Positions 1-12,445 of a DNA stretch of 64,000 nt are shown here, in pieces. Made by a program: the position numbers and the translations under genes. The DNA comes from Camelus dromedarius (taxonomy: Eukaryota): the NCBI RefSeq assembly GCF_036321535.1, contig NC_087472.1, forward strand, positions 97,776,001-97,840,000, given 5' to 3'. Numbering within the stretch: the stretch's first letter is position 1; every line of letters starts with the position of its first letter. The notes beneath the pieces were generated by a model. The model ran no database searches. It saw nothing but the letters and a program-made list of their open reading frames with translations, and was not told the DNA's origin.

Positions 1-1129
1 AATGAGTTTGGGAGTACTCCCTCCTTTTCAAACTTCTGAAAGAGTTTTAGAAGGACTGGTATGAGTTCTTCTTTTGTATGTTTGGTAGAATTCCCCAGTG
101 AAGCCATCCGGTTCTGGATTTTTATTTGTAGGGAGGTTTTTTTTATTGCAAATTCAATTTAATTTCTAGTGATTGGTTTGTTCAAGTGGTTAATTTCTTA
201 TTGATTCAGTCTTGGTGGACTGTATATTTCCAGAAACCTGTTCATTTCTTCTAGGTTATCCATTTTGTTTCCATATAGTTGTTCATAGTATTCTCGTATG
301 ATACTTTGTATTTCTGTGGCATTGTAATTTCTCCATTTTCCTTTCTTATTTTGTTTATTTGTGCTCTCTCTTTTCTCTTCTTCGTGAGTTTGGCCAGAGG
401 TTTGTCAATTTTGTTTACTCTTTCGAAAGACCAGCTCTTGTTTTGGTTGATTTTTTTCTAATTTTTTTTTAATTCTATTTTATTTATTTCCTCCTTGATG
501 TTTATTATTTCCTTCCTTCTGCTGACTTTTGGGTTTTTTTTTTTTTCCTCTTCTTTTTCTAATTCTTTTACTGGTAGGTTAGATTGTTTATTTGAGATTG
601 TTCTTTTTTTAAGGAAGGCCTGTATCGCTATAAACTTCCCTCTTAGCACTGCCTTTGCTGCATCCCATAGATTCTGTGTGGTTGTGTTTTCATTATCATT
701 TGTCTCAAAGTATTTTTTAATTTCTTCTTTGATTTCATCATTGACTTATTGTTTTTTTAATAACATGTTGTTTAATCTCCATACTGTCATTTTTTTCTCC
801 TTTGTTTTTCTGTAGTTGATTTCTCGTTTCATGGCATTGTGGTCAGAAAAGATGCTTGAAATAATTTCTATCTTCTTTAAATTCTTGAGGCTTCTTTTGT
901 GCCCAAGTACATAATCTATCCTAGAAAATATTCCATGTGCACTTGAAAAGAATATATATTCTATTTTGGGGGGATGTAATGTTCTGAAAATATCAACCAA
1001 ATTTAGTTGTTCTATTGTATCACTTAATTTCTCTGTTGCCTTATTTATTTTCTGTCTAGAAAATCTGTCCTGTGATGTTAATGGGGTATTAAAGTCTCCT
1101 ACAGTGATTGTGTTCCCATCAGTTTCTCC
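1..1129 (-). mobile_element. L1 fragment, ORF2 endonuclease region; runs off the left edge of the window
   Basis: Minus-strand ORFs 746-1000 (FFSSAHGIFSRIDYVLGHK...SDHNAMK) and 458-649 ([14 protein letters not shown]) are L1 ORF2 EN-domain motifs, frameshifted. Confidence 0.95.
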
Positions 1130-2755
1130 TAAAGCATTTTTTAAATTGAGAATCCCATCCTATGTAATTCTAGTAATATTCTACAAGAATTAAAATTAAT
1201 TTAGTATTGGTTTTAATTGATTTGCTTATTCAAATAAATTCATATAATGAATCAAAGACTTTTGTTCTTAATTCAGGTAAGAAATTTTATTACATAAATA
1301 TAACAAAAATATTTTAAATTTTTTAATAAAAGACTACATTTCTTAATCATTTAGATAAAACAGGGTTTTTTTGTTTGTTTCCTAATTTGGAACCAAACTT
1401 TTTTTCCCTGTTGAATTCTGTTATGTAGTTTCCCAGGTTAAATACATCATGGCGGGTTATGTACAAGCCACGAGTTAAATAGGGTCTACCCCGCCTGTGA
1501 GTTAGAGATGGAGGGATCAAGGTAGTCTTTGGGTCATTAAGAGATTCTAATATATACATTACACTCTTGAGACCATTCTGCATTCATGCATCGTCATCTA
1601 CTTATCTCAATTATTTTTAATGAGTCATCTAGGTAAGCAATATGAGGGGAGCTTTAGAAAAGGAGTGTTTCTGTAGATAATTATACTGAAAGCATGTGCT
1701 TTGTCAAACGTATTATTAATGCATCATAAATAGTTTCTAAGAACATATGTGATTCCATAAAACCTGTCAGGGGAGATGTATGCTCATAAAAAAAAAGCAG
1801 GTGCAATTATTGCTGAGTGTCTGTGGTGCTTCATGAGTAATGGAAAAATAACTGTACAAATATTAATGTGGCCAAATGAAACTCAGTTTGAGCAGAGCAG
1901 GAAACCATAGCAACTCATCTTTTTCACCCTGAAATAACAAGAATTGTAACCGGACAATGATCTCAAGACAACATATTCCTACCCAAGTATTATTTGATTT
2001 CTTTTTATCATGTGTGCTCAGTAGAATCCTTCAGTCACAGTGTACATTTTCTAAATGTCCTCTTAGAATTTTATGGAAAAAAGGGAAAGAGCTATGGTTT
2101 ATTTTATTACTTCTGATATGAAAGCACACATTTTAGCTTTAATACTTTTTCCCCAGGAATACCTAAAGTTCTGTGTAATAAAAAAAAATGGAAAAAGAAG
2201 AAGGATAAATGATTTTATATAAAACACTAGGAAAACAAAATGGCAGAACATAATTTGGGGGTTTCAAACCCACATGGAGAAGCCAGTGTAGATTCTCAAA
2301 TCATGTCAGGAAATGATGTTATAATCCACAGAGCCTGTTTCAAATGCTTATTTAGCTCATTATAAACACACAAAACTTCACATTTGCCCTTCTGAATCTA
2401 CCTATAAGCGCAGGCTTGTGCTGCCTTTGGGCCAGGAAAATGGTCCTGATTTTCAGGGCAAGAAAGATTGTTCACTTCATTGGCACAGCTTCAAAGAGCA
2501 CTCCCATCACCCTGTCAGTATCCCAGGTAGTGTCTTCTCCCACCACCTCCTCAATTAAAGCAGCTCAGAATTTTCATACTCCCCTTCCTAGTAAACTTTG
2601 ATTTAAATAAAGGAGTCTGACCAGAAAATATGTTAAACTGTTGGACCAGTGAATGGCTAGCAGCTCATTCCCTTGCCTTCTTTCCCCCAGAAATCTTTCC
2701 TTGAACTTAGTAACAGATACATATTTATGAAACATTGTATAAAGACACTCTTTCA

Positions 2756-2832
2756 TTTACCTTATATAATTTCAATGTTGAAGTATATATACTTTACCTT
2801 ATATAATTTCAGTGTTGAAGTATATATACTTT
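2756..2832. repeat. 37-bp tandem duplication (2 copies, 1 mismatch)
   Basis: tttaccttatataatttca(a/g)tgttgaagtatatatac at 2756-2792 and 2793-2829. Confidence 0.95.
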
Positions 2833-2919
2833 CAGAGGTAAATTACAACATAAATTAAAAATCTAAAAGACTAATATTTTTATTACTTCAAATATAAGTT
2901 AGCTCACAAAGGCTTATTT

Positions 2920-3500
2920 CTTTAAATTTTTTTATTGAAGTATTGTCACTTACAATGTGTCAATTTCTGGTGCACAGCATACCATCCCAGTCATGCATGT
3001 ATATATACATATATTCATTTTCATATTCTTTTTCATTAAAGATTATTATAAGATATTGAATATAGTTCCCTGTGCTATACAGAAGAAATTTGTTTTTTAT
3101 CTATATTTATATACAGTAGTTAATATTTACAAATCTCAAACTCCCAAATGTGTCCCCTCCCACCCCCTTTCCCCAGTAACCATAAGTTTGTTTACTATGT
3201 CTTCAAGTCTGTTTGTTTTATAGATGAGTTCATTAGTGCCCTGGTTTTTTTTTTCTCTAGATTACACATATGAGTGATACCACATGATATTTTTTTTTCT
3301 CTTTCTGGCTTACTTCACTTAGAATGACGATCTCCAGGTCCATCCATGTTGCTGCAAATGGCATTATTTTATTCTTTTTATGGCTGAGTAGTATTCCATT
3401 GTATAAATATACCACAGCTTCTTTATCCAGCCATGTCTATGGACATTTGGGCTGCTTCCATGTCTTGGCTACTATATATACAGCTTCTATGAACACTGGC
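2920..3500 (-). mobile_element. 5'-truncated L1 3' end (lineage-specific family)
   Basis: T-tract + tttattgaag, then a 3'UTR and ORF2 C-terminus closely similar to the copies at 10450-11030 and 32520-33070. Confidence 0.92.
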
Positions 3501-3869
3501 TAAATGATGAGTACGTATAGGTTAGGGGGGTGGTGATTTGTCTCTTCAACCTTCATATGCATTTAAATATTTCAGGATCAAGTATAACATGGCTAATAAA
3601 AAAAGCAAGTCCTAGTTATATTGTACTTAGAAATTAAGCTTTAATATACCATATTCTCCAGAACTTTTAATTAGATTTATACTTTTAAAATACTTGCCCT
3701 ATTCTGTTAAGAAAATGGCATTTGGTGTGGAAAGAATGACAGAAAATGCAAATGGTGAGAAAGCATAAACCTTGTTGAGTGTTGATGAGTATGCTTGTCT
3801 GTCTAGGGCAGAGGATTTGCATGAGGAAACAGGTGGAAGATTATAAAGAGAATTTAGAGACAAACTGTG

Positions 3870-4160
3870 AAATCATTGACTTTCAAAATTCAAAGACTCT
3901 GAAAGATCATTTATTTATACCTTTTCTCTGGTGCACAAACTCCCTCTCCAGCAGCACTAATAAGCAATCATCTAGTCTGTTACACCTCCCATGTCAGCGA
4001 CTGCGTGACTTCAAAGCCTTCTTTGTTTGACAGCTGCAATGACTAAAATGTCTTCCTTGTGTCAGAACTGAAACTTCTACCATTGGTCTTAGTTTTGCCT
4101 CTGGAATACCAAAGAATCCTTTTTCTAAGTCAATTCTTTTGAAGGTTGAAAGTGATTAAA
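3870..4160 (-). mobile_element. CR1/L3 LINE remnant
   Basis: Degenerate resemblance to the L3 3' region (ccattggtcttagttttgcctctgga; tcttccttgtgtcagaactgaaac). Confidence 0.5.
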
Positions 4161-4279
4161 AAGAATACTCTGACACACTCATGTGATTTATGACAGTCAA
4201 ATTCCATAACCTATGACAATTTGCTCTTCAGCCAGAAGGGAAGTATATATGCTTAATATAAACATTAACAAACACATAT

Positions 4280-4490
4280 ATATTTTTAATGTGTCAGGCA
4301 CTCTAATTTACATATACTAATTTATTAATCCTCACAACCTTTCTATGAGGTAGGTACTATCATAATCACCATGTTTTCAAATGAGGAAACTGAGGCACAA
4401 AGAGGTTAAGTAACTTAGCCAAGGTTACGTAGCCAGTGAGTGGTAGAGTTGGACCTTCAAGATAGCAAACTCCAATACAAATGACTTCTT
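4280..4490 (-). mobile_element. MIR SINE
   Basis: Reverse-complemented MIR core: atgaggaaactgaggcacaaagaggttaagtaacttagccaaggttac. Confidence 0.9.
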
Positions 4491-5209
4491 GACTGACCCA
4501 TTTCAAATGTCTTTGCATTTAAATAGGGAACCAGCAGACAGAAAGAGAGAAAAACACTGAAACTAGAAAAATCAATCAGTGGATTATCAAAAATTGACCT
4601 TAGTGCTCTATTTCTCATTTTCAGGTTACAATTAATCTCATTCTTCCACTTTATATATGACTTCATAACTTTGTTGTCTTTCGAGTGATATTTCTGTTTA
4701 ATTTCTTATATCCAACTCCAGAATAACAGAGCATTGGGCATGCTGCTTTTACTGTGTTTTAGGCATCTCGTGCATTAGTCTCTCTTTTTTTTTTTTCAAA
4801 ATCAATAATTAAATACTTATATTATGCAAAAACCTCATATCTTAGTAGTTTCATTTTAGGAAATGGTAATGTTTTAGAGCATAGAATATGTTCTTTCTCC
4901 AGCTATATCTGAGTCAGTTTTAATGGTTACATTTGCATTTTCATCCCTATCTCTCTAAAGTTTCAGCATTTGTGCAAAAAAGGACATCACCATTTTCTAA
5001 TGTTTTAAATCATCGATATACATTGGAGATAGTCTTGAAGTTTGAATCTTCTAAATCCCAGTATATCAATATACTGAGATAGGTCCCAAAAAGGTAGACA
5101 GTCTCATTCACTGAAAGAAGTAATTTGTCTAATTTTAAGTAAGATTCTACCCTCTCAAACTCAAAATACTGGTACAGTGGGCGCACTGCTCATGTTAGGG
5201 TGTGTGTAT

Positions 5210-5635
5210 ATGCAGTAGCCTCTGTCAGAACCCTTCTCATATGCCTTTGCGTTTACAGTTCCTGAAACCACAACTCTATTTCAGGGATTTCTCTGCCCAC
5301 AGTAGTATGCTTAGCTCAAGCACACGGTTGGTTGGAAGGGCTGGGAAGTTGTCATTGATTAACCTCTTAACCAGTAACAAACTAGAATTGGTAGATAAAT
5401 ATGTTCTTTGCTGCTCAGGTGGGGAAATGCTGAGGCATGTTCTACACTGTCTCCCAGAAGTCCTCCGTAGGATTGAGCCCCCAGTCGCCCACAGTGGTAA
5501 TCACTCATTAACATGTTATGTATTGGCTGCTTTCACTTTTCTTTCTCACCTCTCTACTCCTTCCTGGTAATCACCTCCTAAATGTGTGCTCAAACCCTTG
5601 TCTGACAGTCTTAGTTAATGGGGAATCCAGGCAGA
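5210..5635 (+). mobile_element. ERVL LTR16-like solo LTR, degenerate
   Basis: 3' end tcacctcctaaatgtgtgctcaaacccttgtctga...ggggaatcca resembles the LTR16 terminus. Confidence 0.6.
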
Positions 5636-6119
5636 TACTCTTTTTACACAAGGAAGCGCCATATAGGTAGAGTTATCTAGAGAGACCACTGCCCTTGGAG
5701 ACAATGCCATCTCAGTTTTTCTTCCTGGCACTTGGTAACATATTTGTGACTATGTGTATTATCTTTATAGGTGTGTCCTCTCTCGGGGTCATCTGTCATT
5801 ACCATGCAAATTTTTCTTTGTTTTCTCTACTTAAAAAAAAAATCTTCTTTTGTCTGACTCAAATCACAGGAACGCTACTTGGCAGGCCTAGATTTCTGGA
5901 CATACAGTGATAAGATAGGCATGAGTCCTTGTTCTCCTCCTTATTTTTCCTATTATAATCAGCTCACCCATGAAACTGACCCTTCCCTCACACTTGTCTG
6001 TGTTAAAATTAAGTTCTGTCAGGTAAGCCACACAAATAAGTCCTAAACAATTCAGTCCCCTACCCTCACAGACACACTCCCAGCTTTAGACCTCACCATT
6101 CCTTGAAAACCTCAGTTCC

Positions 6120-6940
6120 TACACCAGCCCCTCAAATCTCTGTGTACCCTCACTCTCTCCATTTTGGTCTGTCATCTACCCTGCTGCCAGAGTATTTTTC
6201 AATATTGTAAATTTGATTGGGTTACATTTTTGTCTCAGAACCCTTCAGGGGTTCTATTTTACCTTTCTTACCAGAGATTGTAGGTTCTTGTCTCATAAAG
6301 GAAAGAATTCAAGAGCAAGCCATAGTAAAGTGAAAATAGATTTCTTTAGGGAAATACACACTCCGTATAGACAGAGTGCAGGTCACCTCAGATAGCAAGA
6401 GAGGCAGCCCCAGAACATGGGGTCATCTAGGAAAGTGAAAGTGGCCATGAGTTGTGGGGATGATTAGTTTTTATGGGCTGGGTAGTTTTATAAGCTGAGT
6501 AGGAAGTTTATTCTAATTCTTTTGGGGAAGGGATGGGGATTACCAGGAATTGGAGTCCCGCCCACTTTTTGGCCTTTGATGATCAGTCTGGAAACTGTCA
6601 TGGTGCCTATAGGTGTGTCATATAGCATGCTAATGTATTACAATGAGCCTATAATAAGGTTCAAGGTCTACCGGAAGTCGAATCATCCACCATCTTGGGC
6701 CAAGTTGGTTCTAACCAGTTTATGTCCTATCCTCAATTGCTATGTCATTCTTTTAATGTTTTTGCCTTGCCCCCTTCCCTCCTATCTCACCTTGAGAACT
6801 GTCCCTACTCTTTAACATGGAACACAACATTCTTCATTATGTGGCTCCCAACCACCTCTGCAGACATGTCTCTGTCCACACTCAGCATTCATTCTGCCAT
6901 CCAGGCACAGTGAGCCATTTGCAGTTCCCTGAACACATGG
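6120..6940 (+). mobile_element. L2 LINE fragment split by an ERV1 LTR
   Basis: L2-like text (ctgctgccagagtattttt...agaacccttcagggg | actctttaacatgg...gcagttccctgaacac) continues on both sides of the LTR. Confidence 0.6.
6266..6789 (-). mobile_element. ERV1 (MER4-group-like) solo LTR with 4-bp TSD
   Basis: Ends t(c)ttacc...cctatctca; cctt duplicated at 6262-6265 and 6790-6793; 4-bp TSDs are typical of class I ERVs. Confidence 0.8.
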
Positions 6941-7912
6941 TGACAGGACCAAGTATGCCTGAGTCTGAAGTCTGTTCTGTTTCCCCCTATTCCAGGATGC
7001 CTCCCATGCATGATTTCCCAAATGCAGCTTTAAGAAAAAATTTCCTGGGACTGAGAATGAGAAGGAAGGGAATATTATTTCAAACCCTGTACAAAATAAT
7101 TGTAGATGCTTCACTTGGGAATTTCTAAGTGCAGTAGAAATCTGGGTGAGCAGGTGAAATAGCTACATAAATAAAATGCACACCTTTTAGGTCACATCAG
7201 GAGATTGCCTTGAGGTTTAAATGGCTGAGATCATTTTCACGTTCCTCACAGCTAGCCATCTATAATTAAACAGCAGCGCCAGTCGGCACACATTCATCAT
7301 CTCCAAAGAAAAGGAAAGTCACCTCCATAAATCTCAAAAGATGGGATATTAAAAGTTTGTTTTTATACTAGCTAATACACAATCATTTGTGTTAACATCT
7401 GCTTAATCTGAATCCATGTCCCAAGATTCAGGATTTACTCATGTAATAAAGAAAACCTGCTAGTTTTTTCTTTGCTAAAAGCAAAGAACAATAAACTAAT
7501 AGTTTAAATGACTTTTAAACTTAAACAAGTTGGATTCTGAGTGGCATTAGTAAATTCACTATGTATTATAGAGGGAACCAATCCGTTTATCACAAACACT
7601 TTTTAATGTTCCATCCCAATTCATACCTTTACCTCTTACAATTCTCCCTCTCATTCGCTTAATGGATTACTGAAGAATAACTACTAAACAGAATTCCCCT
7701 TCTGAAGTGCTCTGTGTAATTTCATCAGATTCTCTTATAATTCTCTCTTTCTACCTTCTATTACCTTAAGTACCAAAAAACATTCTTTCTTCCTGAGATA
7801 ATAAAGCTCATGAAGTATCAAATTCCTAGAAAGAAACAGGGGACAACCCATTCTACTTTACTTCTTCCTTAGTCAGTTTTCAGGGTATGACTCTACATAC
7901 GGTTATCTAGGC

Positions 7913-8071
7913 CTGGAGTTGGCACACTTTTTCTGTAAAAGGCCAGAGAGTAAATATTTTAGGCTTTGTAGGCCATACAGTCTCTGTTCAAACTACCCAG
8001 CTCCACCACTGTAGTACAAAAGCAGACATAGACAAGGCGTAAAGGACTGAGCCATAGTCTGCTGATCTCTA
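7913..8071 (+). mobile_element. MER58A-like hAT-Charlie MITE, internally deleted
   Basis: gttggcacactttttctgtaaaaggccagagagtaaatattttaggctttg matches the MER58 left end. Confidence 0.85.
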
Positions 8072-8424
8072 AGCAGCCCCTTAAATCCTCTCTGACATTC
8101 TCTTAGGACAGTAACAAAAGGATTATTTGATTTGTTTTAATATAAGTTTGTTGAGCAAAACACATGCAAATAGCCCTCTTTCTCTGAGGACTCCCAACTC
8201 AAAATCAAATAAGTTAAGTATACTAATACTAGGTATGTCTACATCATTTGAAATGATTAGAAACAGGACAATAAGGAGATTGAAGTATATAACGTCAATT
8301 GCAGGTTGAAGAGAAAATAGGTTTAGAGACAGGGTAGAGATTGGGAAAAACAATTCTGGCTATTTTCTGTCGAGACTGAATGGGAATGTATGTTAGTTCA
8401 GTCAATTTGGAAAAGTGGAACAAG

Positions 8425-8600
8425 TATGAGATCAGATTCCAAGGCTGAGTTCTTCCAGTTACCAATGGCCATCAGAATTTGAAGAAGTCGTAATATCTCT
8501 CAGACCTCCATTTTTTTTCATCTATAAAATGTAGACAATACCTGTCCCGATGTCTCTCTCAAGGTTGTTGAAAGACTGTATATGTGGAAACTCTCTTTAA
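8425..8600 (+). mobile_element. MIR/MIR3 remnant
   Basis: ctctcagacctccattttttttcatctataaaatg core-like motif followed by aaggttgttg. Confidence 0.6.
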
Positions 8601-10402
8601 GAAGTAATTTTCAGCTACAAATGCTCACTTTAAATAAAGTGTGGAGGAATCTATAGATCTGATGATTCTTTTGAAGCATTTTACTTAAATGCTATGGATG
8701 CCCCTTGATCATTTTAGTTGCCATTTTCTTGGACTTTTCTCTTTTTTTTACGTCTTTCTACAAGAACAGTGACCAGAAGTAAAACACATAATACAAACTT
8801 TTATTTCTAAATAGCAGGATATTTTAGGGATTTCAAGTTTTTTAAAAGTGGTGCCCAAAGTCAGTTTGTTGTCATTCTTGCTAAATAGGAAGAAAGGGAT
8901 GGAGTCACCTTAAAGCTACTATCCAGATAGCTGTTTCTGCGTGAAAGAAGTCAAGAAAGGGGAAAGACTATGAAATGAGGCATCATCTCTCTGTCTACTG
9001 TCACTTTAAGCCTTATTAGCCAAAACTATTGAGCTGTGGAAAGGTCAATTTCTGGTACATAACTAGTTGCTAAAAAGAAAGTTGCATGAAGGTCTGGAGG
9101 TACGAATAATAACCTGATCATTTAATATCTATGCTAGGATTAGTTGACTAAGAACAAGAACAATTTAAAATTGTAAATTTGAACTACTTAAGGGGAAGGG
9201 CATAAACTAGACAGTAGTGGTACCCAGGGGTTTTGCCACTCACCTTATTGCTAAACATATTTGACCACACTGGACCCCACAGATTTTGGCCAGTGCTTTC
9301 ATCTGATAGAGAAGATACATGACTCAGCCAAAATACTTAGATCATTGGTGGTGAAGCCAGGGCTTGAACCAAGCTAGGTTGATTGAAATCCTGATTAACG
9401 GAACCATTCATTCATGCCTCACACATTTACGTTGGTTAAGTCTGAAGCAAATATTTCAGCAATTTTCTCTGCTATGTTTTTTTTAATCCTGAGTGCCTCT
9501 TGTTTATTATACAACCTCAGTGATTATCTCAGCATATCATTAAAGACATCGCATTCAAGGGTCTCTTGAAATTATTTTTTTGGTTCACCTAATTTCTGGT
9601 TCACTCACACCTGCAACCAATTCTGAGCCTTCATGTTCTTCATGTGAAGAAATCTTTTAAAAAGAAAAAAAATGAACATTTTCGGTTGAATTTTTGTCTC
9701 ACCAATGACCTTTTTTTGAAGTGGAGAAATTTCATTTAATATTAATTCCTCAGCTCAAAACAAGATTCTGATGTTACACCCTTATAAGCAGACAATCCCT
9801 TTTAGTACAGATTACTGAACTAAAACATAAAATGCAGGGAGACAGTCTTATAGAAAACTTCAGTCCCACCCTCGGATCATCTATATCTAGAAAAGGCAGG
9901 TACAGTAAATACTAATGGAAGACTACTAAGATTCCTCTAACAGAAGACTGTTTAGACTTATATGAATTCTATTTCCCTCTTGTTTAACCATATGCATTAG
10001 TGGTGTATGTGAGAAAATGCAAGGCAGTCTTTATTTTGAAATGTGATAAATGGATCTAAATAGAAATATTTTATGTCTGCCAGTCCTCACATCCTAATTC
10101 TTAAAGGCAAATCCATCTTAATTTCTGTTCAATGGTTTTAATAAGTGAAGTACCGAAATGACATAACTATGAAACAATACCATGTATAAAACTGTGGTTT
10201 TGAGATCTGAGGTAAGAGACAATCTGAATTCCAACATCTTATAGTCAGTATGTTTAAATTTTCTGTCTTTGACATTTCACTGTATATCCACTGTTTTGTC
10301 TTATTAAGTGGGGGCTCCTTATTTCTCTTACTGAAAACTTTGTCCCAACCTTCTTTTCTTTCTGTTGGGAGCTGAAGAACTAACAGTTTAGAAGGGCATC
10401 TT

Positions 10403-10757
10403 TCTTTTTTTTTTTTAACTTTTGGGAAAACCCCTTTTATTTATTTGTTTTTTTGAGTTATAGTCAGTTTACAGTGTTGTGTCAATTTCCAGTGTAGAGC
10501 ACAATTTTTCAGGCATACATTAACGTACAAATATTCATTGTCACATTCTTTTTCACCATGAACTACCACAAGATCTTGTATATATTTCCGTGTTCTATAC
10601 AGTATAAACTTGTTTATTCTATGTATACCTGTCAGTATCTACAAATTTCGAACTCCCAGTCTGTCCCTTCCCACCCGCCTCCCCCTTGGCAACCACAAGT
10701 TTGTATTCTATGTCTGTGAGTCTGTTTCTGTTTTATATCTAAGTTCATTTGTCATTG

Positions 10758-10790
<33 letters not shown>

Positions 10791-12445
10791 GATTCCACAT
10801 ATGAGCAGTATCATATGGTATTTTTCTTTCTCTTTCTGGCTTACTTCACTTAGAATGACATTCTCCAGAGACATCCATGTTGCTGCAAATGGCATTATGG
10901 TGTCATTTTTATGGCTGAATAGTATTCCATTGTATAAGTATATCACAACTTCTTTATCCAGTCATCTGTTGATGGACATTTAGGCTGTTTCCATGTCTTG
11001 GCTATTGTAAATAGTGCTGCTGTGAACACTGGGGTGCAGGTGTCTTTTTGAATTAGGGTTCCTTCCATGCCCAGGACTGGGACTGCTGGGTCATATGGTA
11101 AGTCTATTGCTAGTCTTTTGAGGAATCTCCATACTGTTTCCCACAATGGCTGCACCAAACTGCATTCCCACCAGCAGTGTAGGAGGGTTCCCTTTTCTCC
11201 ACATCCTCTCCAGCATTTGTCATTTGTGGACTTTTGAATGATGGCCGTTCTGACTGGTGTGAGGGGATACCTCATTGTAGTTTTGATTTGCATTTCTCTG
11301 ATAATTAGTGATATTGAGCATTTTTTCATGTGCCTATTGGTCATTCGTATGTCTTCCTTGGGGAATTGCTTGTTTAGGTCTTGTGCCCATTTTTGGATTG
11401 GGTTGTTTGTTTTTTTTCTTATTAAGTCATATGAGCTGTTTATATATTCTGGAGATCAAGCCTTTGTCGGTTTCATCTTTTGCAAATATTTTCTCCCATT
11501 CTGTAGGTTGTCTTTTTGTTTTGCTTATGGTTTCCTTTGCCGTGCAAAAGCTTGTAAGTTTAATTAGGTAGGTCCCATTTGTTTATTCTTGCTTTTATTT
11601 CTATTGCTTGGGTAGACTGCCCTAGGAGAACATTTTTTGAGATGTATGTGAGAGAATGTTTTGCCTATGTTTTCTTCTAGGTTTATTGTATCTTGTCTTA
11701 CGTTTAAGTCTTTGATCCATTTTGAGTTTATTTTTGTGTATGGTGTAAGGGAATATTCTAGCTTCATTGATTTACATGCTGCTGTCCAGTATTCCCAACA
11801 CCATTTGCTGAAAAACTGTCTTTATTCTTGCCTCCTTTGTCAAAGATTAATTGACAAAAACTACTAGAACTAATAAAAGAATTCAGCAAGGTAACAGGTT
11901 ACAAGATTAACGTACAAAAATCAGTTGCATTTCTTTACACTAATGATGAATCAATAGGAAAAGAAAGTAAAGAAACACAATCCCTTTTTAAAAAGCTCCC
12001 AAAGTAATAAAATACCTAGGAATAAATCTAACCAACGAGGTGAAAGACTTATACACGGAGAACTATAAAACATTGATTAAGGAAATTAAAGAAGACTTAA
12101 AAAAAATGAAAAGATAACCCATGCTCCTGGATTGGAAGAATCAATATTGTTAAAATGGTCATACTACCCAAGGCAATCTACAGATTTAATGCAATCCCTG
12201 TCAAATTACCCAGGACATATTTCACAGAACTAGAACAAATCATAATAAAATTTATGTGGAATCACAAAAGACCCAGAATTGCCAAAGCAGTACTGAAGAA
12301 AAAGAAAGAGGCTGGAGGAATAACTCTCCCAGACTTCAGACAATACTATAGAGCTATAGTCATCAAGACAGCATGGTATTGGGACAAAAACAGACATATG
12401 GACCAGTGAAACAGAATAGAGAGCCCAGAAATGAACCCACAAACT
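10403..12445 (-). mobile_element. Young L1, 5'-truncated with a 5' inversion (11856-12445 on +) and 16-bp TSD
   Basis: tttagaagggcatctt at 10387-10402 and 12446-12461; ORF2 C-terminal ORFs on - (10943-11344, 11564-11767) and an upstream ORF2 ORF on + (12155-12409). Confidence 0.97.

Noticed and set aside
1130..1142. taaagcatttt also occurs at the TSD at 20452
   Set aside because: Short AT-rich L1 target-like sequence flanking unrelated elements; probably coincidence
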